Below, one piece after another: positions 14,492 through 27,079 of a stretch of DNA of 64,000 nucleotides; the first letter of the stretch is position 1, and each line of letters opens with the position of its first letter. The stretch spans positions 58,094,001 through 58,158,000 of the forward strand of contig NC_043006.1 in NCBI RefSeq assembly GCF_006345805.1, written 5' to 3'. A model generated the notes under the pieces. That model saw only the letters and a program-made list of their open reading frames with translations, did no database searches and was not told where the DNA came from. This DNA comes from Octopus sinensis. Taxonomy: Eukaryota. Made by a program: the position numbers and the translations under genes.

Positions 14492-15048
14492 GTGTATGTA
14501 TGTGTATGTATATATGTGTGTGTATGTGTATATATGTGTATATAGGGACTAGTGTGCTGTGTGTGCATGTGTGTATGTGTGTATGTATGTATATATATTT
14601 TTCTGTGTGTATATGTATGTGTGGTCGTTTGTGTATATATACATGTGTGTATACGTGTATGCATGTGAGTGAGTTGTATGTATATAATATATATGTGTAT
14701 GTGTTAGATATGTATATGTATGTGTATGTGTAATATATATGTATATGTGTGTGGGGTATGTATGTGTGTATGTATATATGTATGTATGTGTGTGTATATA
14801 TGTATACATATGTGTATAGGTATAAGTGAGAATCTCCTTATTTACCTAAAACTCTATTCTTTTTTATATATATTTTTTATTTATTTATTTATTATTTTTT
14901 TTATTTATTCTTTATCTAATTTACCACTGACTCCTTGACCACTCCCCCAAGTATGATATTTTGCGCTATGCCTACCCCCAAAAAGTCCCCCACCACCACC
15001 CCTTTAAACCTGCCTAAATGTATAAATGCCAATACAATCTTGTTAACT

Positions 15049-15099
15049 AGCTTCCTGAAGATTTCTCTTGAATGAAACAGTTCTAGTCCTGTAGAAGCT
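15049..15099 (+). ncRNA. Type I hammerhead ribozyme (right arm copy)
   Basis: Stem I AGCUUC/GAAGCU, CUGAAGA, short stem II UUC/GAA with a U-U opposition at 10.1/11.1, GAAA, stem III ACAG/CUGU, GUA triplet. AATAAA follows. Confidence 0.7.
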
Positions 15100-15220
15100 C
15101 CTTCTATATAATAAATTAATTTACTCTGCTATGTATTGAGTACCTATTTACTGTGGTTAACCCTGAATCAACCCGGGACCTACATATATATATATATAAT
15201 ATATATATAATAATATATAC

Positions 15221-15376
15221 GACGGGCTTCTTTCAGTTTCCGTCATCCAAATCCACTCACAAGGCTTTGGTCGGCCCGAGGCTATAGTAGAAGACACTTG
15301 CCCAAGGTGCCACGCAGTGGGACTGAACGCGGAACCATGTGGTTCGTAAGCAAGCTGCTTACTACACAGCCAATCC
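15221..15376 (-). mobile_element. SINE family B head
   Basis: Near-identical reverse complement of 56182-56340. Confidence 0.85.
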
Positions 15377-15674
15377 TACGCCTCATTTTTAATTGTTTAA
15401 AAATTATTACCTTTGTACGGTATTTTTTCCATGCTGGCCACTTGATAATATTGATACTTAAATATCGATATTATCCTCATATATAAATTTATATAATTCG
15501 TTATTATATTCACTGCGGTGTTTATTTTAACCATATCGTGCTTATGGGGTGTTTTGGCGGGCAATTTAACTGGCCGTGTGCATACGTACATATGTAGGTA
15601 TATATGGACGTTCGTATATGTAAGTATATCGTTGGTTCTGCATATATATATCTGTATTTATGTACCCTTGATAT

Positions 15675-15733
15675 ATTCAATTGATGACGGTAAAGCTTAT
15701 TTAAAGCAAAACCAGAAATCCTGGATCTTGAAT
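15675..15733 (+). ncRNA. Degenerate type I hammerhead
   Basis: Stem I AUUCAA/UUGAAU, UUGAUGA (C3U), stem II GGU/ACC, GAAA, stem III AUC-cug-GAU, AUC triplet. Confidence 0.5.
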
Positions 15734-16002
15734 TATTCAATAACTTTTGCTTGTATATTTTGTCCCTCTGTCTTATCTCATGGTACGATGTGAACACTTA
15801 ACGTGGTTTTTATAGTCAGAATTTCGACTGCTATTTCGGCATGTTGGTGTCTCTCAGACACCCTCATTTTTAATTATATATATATATATATACAACGTAC
15901 ATTGATAAACATTTTACCCATGGGCTCTTAAGGAGCGTCCTCGTTCGAATTGCTTTGCTGCGCCTTTGTTTTGTTTTGTTCTGACAACGTAATTCCTGGT
16001 TT

Positions 16003-16082
16003 TTCCTGAAGAGAAAGCTGCAATATGGTATCCTTATTTAATCAGATTTTGGAAAATTGTGGCCTTTGAAACATGTGTAGAA
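16003..16082 (+). ncRNA. Type I hammerhead ribozyme with extended stem II
   Basis: Stem I UUC/GAA, CUGAAGA, stem II GAAAGCUGCAAU/AUUGUGGCCUUU, GAAA, stem III AC-augu-GU, GUA triplet. AATAAA follows. Confidence 0.65.
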
Positions 16083-16140
16083 TGTAATAAAAGGAATTCT
16101 GTACAATCTTCGTTCAACTCCATTTCTTCCATTCACTAAT

Positions 16141-16194
<54 letters not shown>

Positions 16195-16205
<11 letters not shown>

Positions 16206-17615
16206 TGAGAATGTCTGTCTGTCTGTGTGTTTCCCTAAAACTTGAGAACTACACAACCATTTCATTCAAATTTTACACATGCCTTACTTAGGGTCCGGGG
16301 AGTGTCATCGGCAAAAAAATGTTAACTTTTTGCCTATATCATATCTTCTCCACTACGATTCCCTAAAACTTGAGAACTACCCAACCAATTTCATTCAAAT
16401 TTTACACATGCTTTACTTAGCGTCCATGTAGTTTCACGAGCAAAAGAAATGTTCAACTTCTTGCCTAGAGCGAGCCCATAGCAATATCATATCTTCTCCA
16501 CTATTTCAATATTACGTGTTAAAAGTGAAACAAAAACATTTCTCTATTTTATGTCAGATACTTTCACTTTAACAATAAAAATTAGAGATAATAATAACAA
16601 TTGAATTATATGTAGTAAGTAATAATTAAAATCAAACTAAAGTATAATATAATCGTAACATAACAAAAATAAAAATAGCAATTGGTATAAAATTGCATCA
16701 ATGACTTGAACTTGAATAAGTGGTTTCACATGAATGGGAATAAATTAAAAATAAAATTAGTTGCATTTGTTAAATAATTGTAAACTGTAACCCTCCCCCT
16801 TTGGGAGAAGGAGCTTCGGTTATTGTTTAAAAATTGAATTGTGTCCCTGTTTGGGGAAATTGACAATATTTTCACCGATTATACGAAAGCATTTTTGCTA
16901 GAATGCCTTCGATAGAAGAAAGTCCAAAAAGGAATTTCGCTGCAGCCGTCGGCGGGCGCGAACTCACTAGAATTAAAATGGATGAAATACAAACCTATTT
17001 CGGATTGATCACCGACAAAGACGATGAATCTAGGATAACACCATCAAACGGAATAAAAAATTAAATTAAAGAAAAGACTATTGTCTATAAAGTATACAAT
17101 GTAGAGAAAAAAAAAGGATTTGAACACCTGGAGGAAAACACCATCGAAAAGTGTCTTGGTGCGACTATGAAAGATATCTAACCAGAGGCGGTAAATTTGC
17201 CACAATAGAAGCAAGGTTCGAGTCAACGGAGCGTGCAAGGGAGTACTCGACTCGAACCTTGCAAAGTGGAAATATTTGATTTTTACCTTTATATCTGGGA
17301 CGTAGGACGTCCCGGATAAAAATTTTAAATGCCCCCCCCCCCCCCGAAGTAGAGGTAGGCTGGATTGTAGCCACACTTCTATACAAGAGGGAGGACAAGA
17401 TACAATTGATCGAAATTGCAAGAGACGGGCCTACAACTCCAGTCTGTTATATATTTTGAGTATTGTTATCACTAGCGATATCAAGATATAATTTTGTATT
17501 TTGTATTTTATCTGTAGATGTATATATATAGATGTACATGTAATATGTACACATATATATACACATATATACATGCACTAGCACTATGACCCGGCAACGA
17601 CGGGTCATAATGCTA

Positions 17616-17616
<1 letters not shown>
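16195..17616 (+). mobile_element. Non-autonomous Helitron with an internal LINE ORF1 fragment
   Basis: 5' TATATAAAA plus (GTCT)n, internal duplication within 16231-16505, 3' hairpin GACCCG/CGGGTC followed by TGCTAG|T. Flanked by TA repeats. Confidence 0.75.
17070..17400 (+). pseudogene. Decayed Tx1-type LINE ORF1 fragment
   Basis: Manual translation RYLTRGGKFATIEARFESTERAREYSTRTLQSGNI*FLPLYLGRRTSRIK aligns by eye to TFITRGRRYDTVEVRFATEDEATKHSTEAIRTEEWVLLATYCGKRVAWVR in the ORF at 59770-60270. Confidence 0.7.
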
Positions 17617-17658
<42 letters not shown>

Positions 17659-19014
17659 ATATATATATAAAGATGGAGTTGGATTGAATTAAGGTCGTAT
17701 TAACAAAATAAATGAAGTTGCTCGGAGGTGGGGCTGAAAAGCTTCATTTCATCTTTTCATTTTTCATTTACATCTCATTTTCTTTCATTCATTTTTTTTG
17801 TCCCCACATGTTTTGTGTTGTCCCCTCTGTGTTTACCCCTTGTGGGAAATAAAGAATAACTTTAGTTCCAGACCTTTTAAGGTCTAGCCACTGACCACAC
17901 AAGATACAGCCAGTTCCAGCGACAATGCCAGACTCAACCTCTGTCTTTGTCACCACCGTTTTCTTAACGTCGTCAACATCATCTCTCTACATACACAGCA
18001 ACCAGCAACTAGCACAGGTTTCAACATAGCACTGTTTGTGAATTCACCATGGTTTAACAGCGAATATACAACCTACGAGAACTCCTGTACAAGTGATCCA
18101 GGCAGCAGCATTACAGCCACAACATGTACGGCAACCGGCTCAGCATTATCGCCGCGACTTTTTGATACAGTATTTCTATGACCGTGTACAATTGACTACG
18201 AAATAGTATTTCTTATTCTTGTGTCTATGAACATTCATCTAACTTCTCATTATAGACTCTCTCACCGTCTTCATTTCTATTCTTATATGTTCTTAACGCA
18301 CACGCATACATCCATATCTATACACACATGTACTTTGTTCTCATGACAGCCTATCAATTATCCTGTATACATATCGCGCGTGCGCACACACATGTTAGCA
18401 TATCTCTCAAACTTTTACTCGGTTGTACCTCTCTCTCTCTCTCTCTCTCTTTCTCCTCTGGTACATATATGCATTATTCCAGTCTTCTGAACGAAGTCAT
18501 TATTATATGGTTCCACCGTGAGACTACATCCATCTAAAAGTTCATCATTAACATTATCATATATAGTAAGTGGCTTTTTTGTACTTGAACAGTTTTTTCG
18601 TGCGAGAAGCTTCAATGTTCGGCGATCAATTTTTTGCAATAAGTCTAAATGTTTTTGCATCACGATATATCAACTTCCAGTTTTGTTTTCTGTTTATTTT
18701 ACGTAACTATGTGTAGCTATGAAACTTTATATGCCGTTTCAGTCTTATTTTCATTAAGTTCTACTTTCAAACGTATTAAACCAAACATCGTTTTGTACCT
18801 AATGTTCAAAAATGTCTTTTCGATATACTCTTCCTTCTTCTGTATGCCTAGCAGACACTCGGTCATGATAACTACAACGCCTTGCTGTTCAAATACTGCC
18901 AATGTCTACGTTTCTTTGTAATGGGCAGGAATGGCCCCAGATATTTTATCTTATTAAGTCAAAATGTTTGCATATTTTGGTAACTTTTTTGTTTTATTCG
19001 TCAAGTTACACAAA

Positions 19015-19500
19015 AACAGCCTAGCATTCAAGGTAGAGGCCATCGTGTTGCACCGTCTGAAGCCACCTGTCTGCTAGTTCTCTGATCCTACGCTGAGACC
19101 AGTTCTTTTCCTTCGAGGCGAAGAACTTGTTCACTGAAGCTTCCACCCCTTCTTGGTTGATGAAGCGTCGTGAGCGTATAAAGTAAGAATCTGGTCTTGA
19201 AACGGAACAAGTAATAAACTAGGTCCAAACTCTATGCTGGGTGTGGCATCATTTCGATTCCCTCAAGTTTCTGGAGTATATTTCGGGTTGTTCGAGTGCA
19301 GAAGAGTTGTTTTGCTGTAGAAGAGATCGCTTTCTGTTTACCGGTTGGCATCGATGTTTCAACCGTCTGCAACGAAGTCGTAGGGAATTATCCCCTCATA
19401 ATTCTACCAGACTCAGAGCATCTCCTTGTTTTCGAAATGTCCATATTTGGCGACAGCTTCCAGAATCTGATCCTTGATTAACCAATACTTATGCACGTTA
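19015..19500 (-). mobile_element. Mariner transposase remnant
   Basis: Minus-strand translation gives PA*SLDL (decayed YSPDL motif) and C-terminal IRELADRWLQTVQHDGLYLEC*. Confidence 0.7.
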
Positions 19501-19922
19501 GGATTGCGAAAAAATATCCCCCTCAAATTATTACTTGTTCCAATTCAGGTAGATAGGATTGTGAGATGTTAGCACCAAATCAACAATGACGTGAGAGAGT
19601 GTATGTGCGTATGTGCGAGAGAGAAAGTGTGGTGTGTGAATGAGAGAAAGTGGGTGAGAGGGAGAGAGAAAGAAAGTGATAGCAGACATGTGGCTGCTTT
19701 TGATGTAACTTGATGAATAAAGCAAATAAGTTACCAAACTATTACAAAACTTTTGACTCAACACAATAGCTGCATTAAATATTGCACGTATGCCATTCGG
19801 CCAATGCTCAGTCGATTTCATCAGGTCCCGTTTCTTCACATCCAGTTGAGGTTTTGGCAACTGATGAACCACATTCAGATTCTACTTCAGACTACGGGGA
19901 CTGTGAGATTATGGTGCTTTGT

Positions 19923-20292
19923 CTTTTATCTTTTAATTGCTTCAATCATTAGACTGCGGCCATGCTGGGACACCGCTTAAAAAAATTTTTTAGCCGAACG
20001 AATGAACTCCAGTACTTACTATATTTTAAGCCTGGTACTTATTCTATCGGTTTCTTTAGCCGAACCGCTTAATTACGGGGACATAAACACACCAACACCG
20101 GTTATCAAGCAGTGGTGGTGGGACAAACACACACACATACACGACGGGCTTCTTTCAGTTTCCGTCTGTTAACTCCATTCACAAGGCTTTAGTCGGCTCG
20201 AGAATATAGGAGAAGACCCTTGTGCAAAATGCCACGCGGTGGGACTGAGCCCGAATCATGTGGTTGGGAAGCAAGCTTCTTACCACACAGCC
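19923..20292 (-). mobile_element. Full-length SINE family B (tRNA head, TG microsatellite, 3' body)
   Basis: Head and body are contiguous here, showing that both halves belong to one element. Confidence 0.85.
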
Positions 20293-21113
20293 TAGCAAAA
20301 TGTTTTAATTAAACAAAAATGAGTGAACTAAAATAACTCGGCGTAACCAGTGGCATTTATACGAACAACATAGACAAATACAGGTATATCAAATACTACA
20401 TAACAAAAAAATCTTGATTTATGTAAATGATTTTCGCCCCAGGAGGAAGTGTTACGCTTACCATTTTTTTAATGTCACTTACTCAATTGCAAAGACAAAA
20501 TGCAAGACCCTATTCTGAAACTACGGTGTTATTCGTATTTCGTACCTGTCGTGTGTATCACAGGTAATACTCGGAGCATATTTCCCTGGTGTGCCTATGC
20601 ATTATATATGATACACGTTCCCAATTTTTTCCCAACTATCAGAGTAACTTGGTACTTATGAAAGGAAAGATTAATATTACTCAGAATGTATGAAACAAGA
20701 GCTAACTAGAAGTCTGAAAACGAGCATGGACGTTTAGGACAAACTTATAAGAGTGCTCATTTTTAGGAATGAGAGCATTTATGAACTCTTTTTACTTAAA
20801 GCAGATATCATACAGACTAAATATTATGACTACAACCAAATGTTAAGCATTTAAGTTCAAGATTTTCACGTGAGATGTTAGTATCAAGTCAACAATGACG
20901 CCCACTCATGTTCCTACACGCGTGCACTTACGAGAGAGAGAGAGTGTGTGTATGTGCGTGTGTGCGAGAGAGAGAGAGGGGGGGAGAGAGAAAGAGAGGG
21001 AGAGAGAGAGAGAGAGGAGAGAGTGTGTGTGTGTGTTGTGTGTGTGTGTGTAATGTGCATGAGAGAGATGGAGTGAAAGGGGGAGAGGGGGAGAGCAGAC
21101 ATGTTGTTCAGCT

Positions 21114-22094
21114 CTCTCCAAGAAAATGACAATTTCTAAAAATATTATTTTCGTTTCAGCACACGATCTCAGATCAAATCACTTGCTATGCAAGTACACT
21201 TCCGTAAAAATATTATGAAAATGGGAAATATATCCTAAATAAATGAAGTATGCAAAAAATTAGGAAGATTCATATAATTTTAAATATTTTATACTAAAAA
21301 ATAAAACACAGAAAACGGACACTCACGAATATAAACAAACATGTCGGCCGATACAAGGGGTGGTAACTTGTATCAGATATTATTAATGATACGAGGGTCC
21401 CGACAATAACGTTTCCAAATTCTTGATTGTTTTATTCAGATTTTTACTGTGCAAACTGGTTAGAGTTAGTGTTAGGGTTAGTTTTAGTTTTAGGGTTAGT
21501 TTTAGGGTTAGGTGGTGTGAACTCGCTTTAACTTCGCTCATTTTATGATGTGATATACAACAGAAATAATTATAAAACAATAGAGTAAATATTTTAAGAC
21601 GCATGCAAGTTAGGGCACTCTACAACACATTTCTTGTCTTGATAGTAACCCAAATTTTCTACACCAGTCAATGGCCTTTCCGTTGTTCCCAAATCTCTTC
21701 CGAGGCGAAATAAGGTCATAGCATTAAAAATTTCCCGTTCAGGCACAAAATTTGACATAGTAGAATATATTAGTTATAAACTGTCTTTTAAGAAAATGAT
21801 TGTGAAACGCTCTTACAATTCGCAGACGATATTGTCGGGCTCCTTGTATCATTAATAATATGACTGGTAAAAGTAAGTTACCGCCCCTTGTATCGTCCGA
21901 CATGTTTGTTTATATTCGCAAGTGCCCGTTATCCGTTTGTTTTATTTTTTTGTATAAAATATTTAAAAATAGATGAATCTTCTTAATTTTTTGCATACTT
22001 CATTTATTTTGGATATATTTCTCATTTTCCTAACTTTTTTTTTTTTACAAGTAAGCGTCATTTTCTTTGAGAGGTGCGCTTCTAAAGAAGCGCC
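21114..22094. mobile_element. Foldback/MITE with ~280-bp inverted arms and internal degenerate TTAGGG repeats
   Basis: 21200-21410 is the reverse complement of 21826-22050. The terminus ...TCTAAAGAAGCGCC is also seen at 29619-29695. Confidence 0.8.
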
Positions 22095-23380
22095 CAAAGA
22101 TGTTCTAACCGCGGCAATCCTGTTTTTATTTCCCCGCCCAGATTATAATATCTTTAGGTCTAAGATTATTGAATGCAAATTTCTCTTCCTTTTTCTTGTT
22201 TGAAGACGCTAGGGTACAATGTATAATTTTAGAAGGATACTGATCACACAGAGGTACTAACAAGAAGAAAAATAATAATCAGTTGCCAATATAGATGACA
22301 AAAATCAATGATAATCAAATATTCACGTTTGAATCTGCCGGCGTGTGTTGAGAGTGAGTGGGTGTGTTATCGTTATCATATTCATTTGATCTCTAATATT
22401 ACTTAACACTGGATAACCAAATTCTAATAACAATGCTCAGATAAATATGAATAACGAATGATTATTATTATAATCAAAAATCATTAAATTTAATAGTACA
22501 TTATAAGACAAATTGGAAAACATCAGCCAAAGAAGGAGTTTCTTTGAGGTCTTTCAACTTATTTGAACTTACAACCAAGGCTCTTTCAAATCATAAGCCA
22601 CCGTATTATAAAAGGGTAAAATATATTATATAACGTAGTCCTACACTACTCTAAGCAGAGGAGATGGTCATGGTAGGAATACTTTTATTCATAAGTCTCC
22701 TCAATGAAGGTTGACCTCTACCTGTAAACGACTGGAAATACATCCCCCATGTGGTAACATGCTCGAGTTACGATATAAGATAGATAGAAATGGCGAATTA
22801 AAATACGTTACCAAAATATAGGTAATGAGAAACATGGTAGATCTGTGCTTGAAGTTTTTGATTTGGTGAAATAATTTTTCTAAGGAAAAATGAAAAGAAT
22901 ATTTGTATATAAATAAAAGGTTCGACGACAAAAAAGAAAGAAAAAAGAAAAGTTGTGTTAAATGTTAGAGTAAGATGTGCGAGACATGAGTCAGATATTA
23001 TTACTGGATCAGAGATGGGTTATCAAAGAAAAACAACTAGAGTGTAAAATTAAAATTGTTAATAATAGTGGCGAATATATCAACTTATCAGTAATGATAA
23101 TTAACTTAATGAGCGTAAGAAAAATAAGCAGGCAACTTGTAAGCGTGTATGTTAAATTTGCCGGTTTGGTCTAAGATGACGAATTAACTGTATGTTTAAA
23201 AATATTTTCTCGTTCGTAAATTAGTTTTTTCAAGGTCTTCATTAGGCTTAAATTTACCAGAGATTCAATGAGTATAAAGCTACCATTAAAACTTTGAAGT
23301 AATGTTTTAATAAAAATAGTAGTTTCAATAACGAATTACTGAAACTAGCAATTGAGGGTAAGAAACACTTGAAGTTTGCT

Positions 23381-23429
<49 letters not shown>

Positions 23430-24330
23430 TGTTTTCTTTATTGACCTCTAAGGGTTCACAAATGGGGAGTGTCGACAGTGAAAACGATAAAATAAATTTT
23501 AATAATGGATAATTCCTCAAAAGAAGGAGACTTCCGAGTGATGCTCACGGAAACCCCACAAAACCAGATAGGCTCTAACCACTAGGGCATGTACCCTATT
23601 TTTATCGTCTATAGGCGCATTCTTAAAGTTCACTCGGACCATTCTTGCCAACATACATCCACCGTTTAACAAAACTCTCTACCCTCACTTTCCTTTTCAA
23701 GTGAAGCTTGGAAAAGTTGATGAGAGCTTTCCAAAGTGTAGTGTCTGTCTTCAGCCCTTTCAATATGGTCCACCACACAACCTCTTTCGCTAAGGCCACC
23801 AGGCAAAGAAACATGCAGGCTGGCTGACGGCACTTTCATGCCCTTAGAGTTTATACCGAAACGGGAATACCACCCCGGTGGCACTGCTAGACCTAGGATT
23901 CTGGAAATTATCCATACGTCCGTCTCGAAAGTCTTCCGGAACTGACTAGCCATTTGATTTTCCCCGAGAACGTAGTCGTACTTGCCCGCCGCTAACCTTC
24001 TATAGAGCGCCAGAGTGGAACTCCCACCGACTGCATTGCTCGACTGACAGAAGACTGTGAGCGCTAGACGATATTTAAGGCGCCACGCGCCCTGTCTAGC
24101 TCTACACTTGATCCAGGACTGCAGTTCAGACAAAGAGACGACCTGTGGAAAATCCTGTCTGACAAACGGCGATCACCTCTATTCACCTTCGGAGAAGCAT
24201 TGGAGATGCCGTACCCTTAGAGCGTGTCGGCGATCAGCAGCTACGGCATATCCAGCCCTCCATTCAGCGGATGTTGACAACAAATAGGGCGCCTGACAAA
24301 TGGAATGCGTCCCTTCCACAAAAGGTGAAA
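23430..24330 (-). mobile_element. Tx1/L1-clade LINE 3' remnant
   Basis: ORF fragments FLCLVALAKEVVWWT...FVKRW and ELQSWIK...WRLKYRLAL are homologous to 49700-50530. The 3' end AATAAAGAAAAC abuts an (AAT)n run. Confidence 0.75.
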
Positions 24331-24439
24331 GTGTATGCGCTGGTTTGGTCAGGCGGTAATACATACGGGAGGTGATATAAGCATTCGTACCGGAGGCGAT
24401 ACAAGCATTTGTCACCTCTACACGACCTTCAGGATAACT

Positions 24440-25665
24440 TTCTCTCGACCCAATTCTGGGTGAAACTGGCTACCCTACTCGTCTTCTTCTCTACCTAGAG
24501 ATCCGGACAAAATTAAAGTTGTAGCTGAGAAAAAGTTAGCTGACATGGTAATCTGGGAGCTATCTGTACACTGGAAAAAAGTAGCCTGTATCATGGTGAT
24601 TCGCATTGGGTTTCAAGATACCGACATCAAGGGTGCTGCTCAATGCTCTGCGAATGCTGTGAATGTTGTAAGACATAACATGGACAGATGCAGCAGAGAC
24701 TACAAAGCCGTAGCCAGTAGGACGGGGCACAGCAGGCGTTCTGACTGTGTACGTATGTTGCAATTCTTCCAACAACTATAGAACAAGATTATGAAAGATC
24801 TGAGCAAGGGAATCTTGGCTTTGGAGAGAGAGAGATGAGAGAAGTCGCTCCCACGAAGCTGGTCCTGAATAAGGGCATTAGTTATCACTCGTACTGGAGG
24901 CGCAAAGGACAAATTTTGATAGCCAATGCCAAGAGGAACCGTTTGAAGGAAATAAGTTTCTGACCAAGCTGAGAATGTTATTGATCCGGGTATGTTCTTG
25001 TTGTTCTCAGATGAAAAGAACTTCTTCAAGGACCAGTTGCATAAGATCTGGTACAACAGGTGGCTTACCTACAATCCATGTAATGTCCCACGTATCAGGA
25101 AAACCAAGATCCCCCAAACCGTGACGATCTTTTGATGCGTCTCCAGTGCGGATAACGTCAAGCTGCCCCACATCTTTGAACAGGGTCTTAGACTTAATTT
25201 AGACGACAATGTGATGCTGCTGCAGACTGCGGTCAATCCTAGCTACAGATGACTGCTGATGGAAGGCCATATGTATGTGACAGTAGGACTCAGCACCTTA
25301 CCATACCTCTAGAAAGAGTCAAAAGTGCTTACCAAAAAATTTCTACGATTACAACAGCCCGTGTTTCTGACCTAATTTCCCGATTGTGATCTCATCTGCA
25401 ACACCAAGGCCGGACTGGTGGCCAAGATCAAGGAGGTGTTCGAAGATCTCCCCGTGGACACAGTGAGGAAAGCACGCACCAGGTTCTGGAACCGTCTTGA
25501 GGCCGCAGTGGAAGCTGAGGGCGGTTACTTAGAGCAAACTATTATCTCCCAGTCATAATTAAATTAATAATTTTTTGATCTTTTTAAGATAATTTCATTT
25601 TTGGATGGGGTGTTGTGTCTCCTTTTCCTTTTATGCAAACTGTCCAATTTAGCCCGAACACCCTG
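24440..25665 (+). mobile_element. Decayed Tc1/mariner-superfamily (DD37D/maT-like) transposon
   Basis: Frameshifted motifs FSDEKNF, KTKIPQTVTIF, PHIFEQGLRLN and DSAP.HTSRKSQ. Right end ...CACCCTG|TA. Left boundary approximate. Confidence 0.7.
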
Positions 25666-25918
25666 TATACAACTCCTCAGCACTCACGCCATACTGTAAA
25701 GAAAGTAAACCGACGTACAAGAATAAATAATTACAGGTAATTTAGATGGTACTTTGTGAGTTTTTAAAATACTTTTATTTATCCAAATTACATATAAACA
25801 AGACAGTTGATTTTCACCTCCACTCCGGTGTATTTTGTCAACATCGCTTTAATCTAGTAATGTTACGTACAAAACTTACATGTTTCTAGCTTGTTCGACA
25901 TCACGTCTTGATTATGTA

Positions 25919-26137
25919 TTGGGTTGGTGCATAATTATTGCGGCTTTTTTTTAAACAAATTATATTCAACAAAAACAATAACAATATTTAACAAAAATAT
26001 CTTTAAATGACGGTCTGACCGTCTACCAAGCAAATGGGAAGCAATAATTGAAGTAAGTAGATGTTTTTATTACATAATATTGCTTTTGTTGAATAAAATT
26101 TGTTGAAAAAAACCGCAATAGTTATGCAACAACCCAA
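25919..26137. mobile_element. Mariner-derived MITE
   Basis: TIR TTGGGTTGGTGCATAATTATTGCGG with TA target duplication. Same family as 49120-49325. Confidence 0.85.
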
Positions 26138-26456
26138 TAATTTGCATTATGTAACTAATAAACACCTTATGTTAATGAAACGTACGTAAGATGGTCACTA
26201 ATTATCTTAAACGATCTCGCATGTTTTGTTTTGTTTTCTACATATACTTAATTAGTGACACAACTTGTTGAGTATATATATGTATCCATAAGTGATACAG
26301 CTACAATAAACGAAATTAAATACACACGTTCAAAATACTGGTTGTTTTGTTGAATGAGAAATACATGTTGATATTCAAATGAAAGATCACAGTATCGTGG
26401 AACTAGAGTTGCGAGACAAATTCCCAGCTTCAGTTTCAATAAAGGAAAACTATATA

Positions 26457-27076
26457 CGTGGTCTGATCAAGTGTACGAGTGAGTCGTTCGTTTCTAGGAT
26501 GGCAGAAAAATGTAGATATTGACGAACGTTCTGGGAGACCCGCAACCAGCAGAACTGAAAAAAAAAAAAGACATCGCAGATGTGCATGCAGCTGTGAGAC
26601 GAAATCGTTGAATCACCATCCGTGAGTTTTCAGAGGATGTACAGATTAGTTACGTTCAGTCCCTCTCTGAATATTTGGGTATGAAATGCGTATCTGCCAA
26701 GTTTGTGCCAAAACTGCTTTCAGCTGACCAAAAAGACACTCGGGTTTCAGTTGCACAAGATTTCCTTGATTGTATCGAGAACGATGAAAACTTTCTGAAA
26801 ACTTTGCGTAGGCCTCTGAGCAGGTATCGCCAAGCTTTTGTCAAAATTTGATGCAGATTCTCTGTTCAATTTCTATGTCATTGTCAATGCGACGATCACA
26901 CGCTATACACCTTCCTTCCCAGCACTGCTGTAAACAGCGGTAGTGAGCTAGGATATTAAAACTAAGTACGCATGCACGGAGGAGTCCAAGATCAATCTGA
27001 GCCAAGCGGCTTCAACTCTGCGTGCTTTAGCTTCGTTACTAAGGCAACAGTCCGGATACTTACTGAACATACCACG
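26457..27076 (+). mobile_element. Internally deleted mariner element
   Basis: TA|CGTGGT...ACCACG|TA ends. Translation includes DERSGRP and LGMKCVSAKFVPKLLSADQKDTRV (mariner HTH and WVPHEL-equivalent linker). Confidence 0.8.
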
Positions 27077-27079
27077 TAT

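Larger units (their letters stand above)
11076..15114. repeat. ~4-kb inverted-repeat element: arms about 11076-12340 and 13840-15114 with outward-facing hammerheads
   Basis: Unique segments 11080-11380 and 11790-12110 reappear reverse-complemented at 14810-15114 and 14090-14405. Confidence 0.9.

Noticed and set aside
11254-14938. Many long Y/I/H/T/C/V/M-rich ORFs, including the 461-aa ORF at 12906-14291
   Set aside because: Stop-poor TA/CA microsatellite frames with no protein-like composition or domain.
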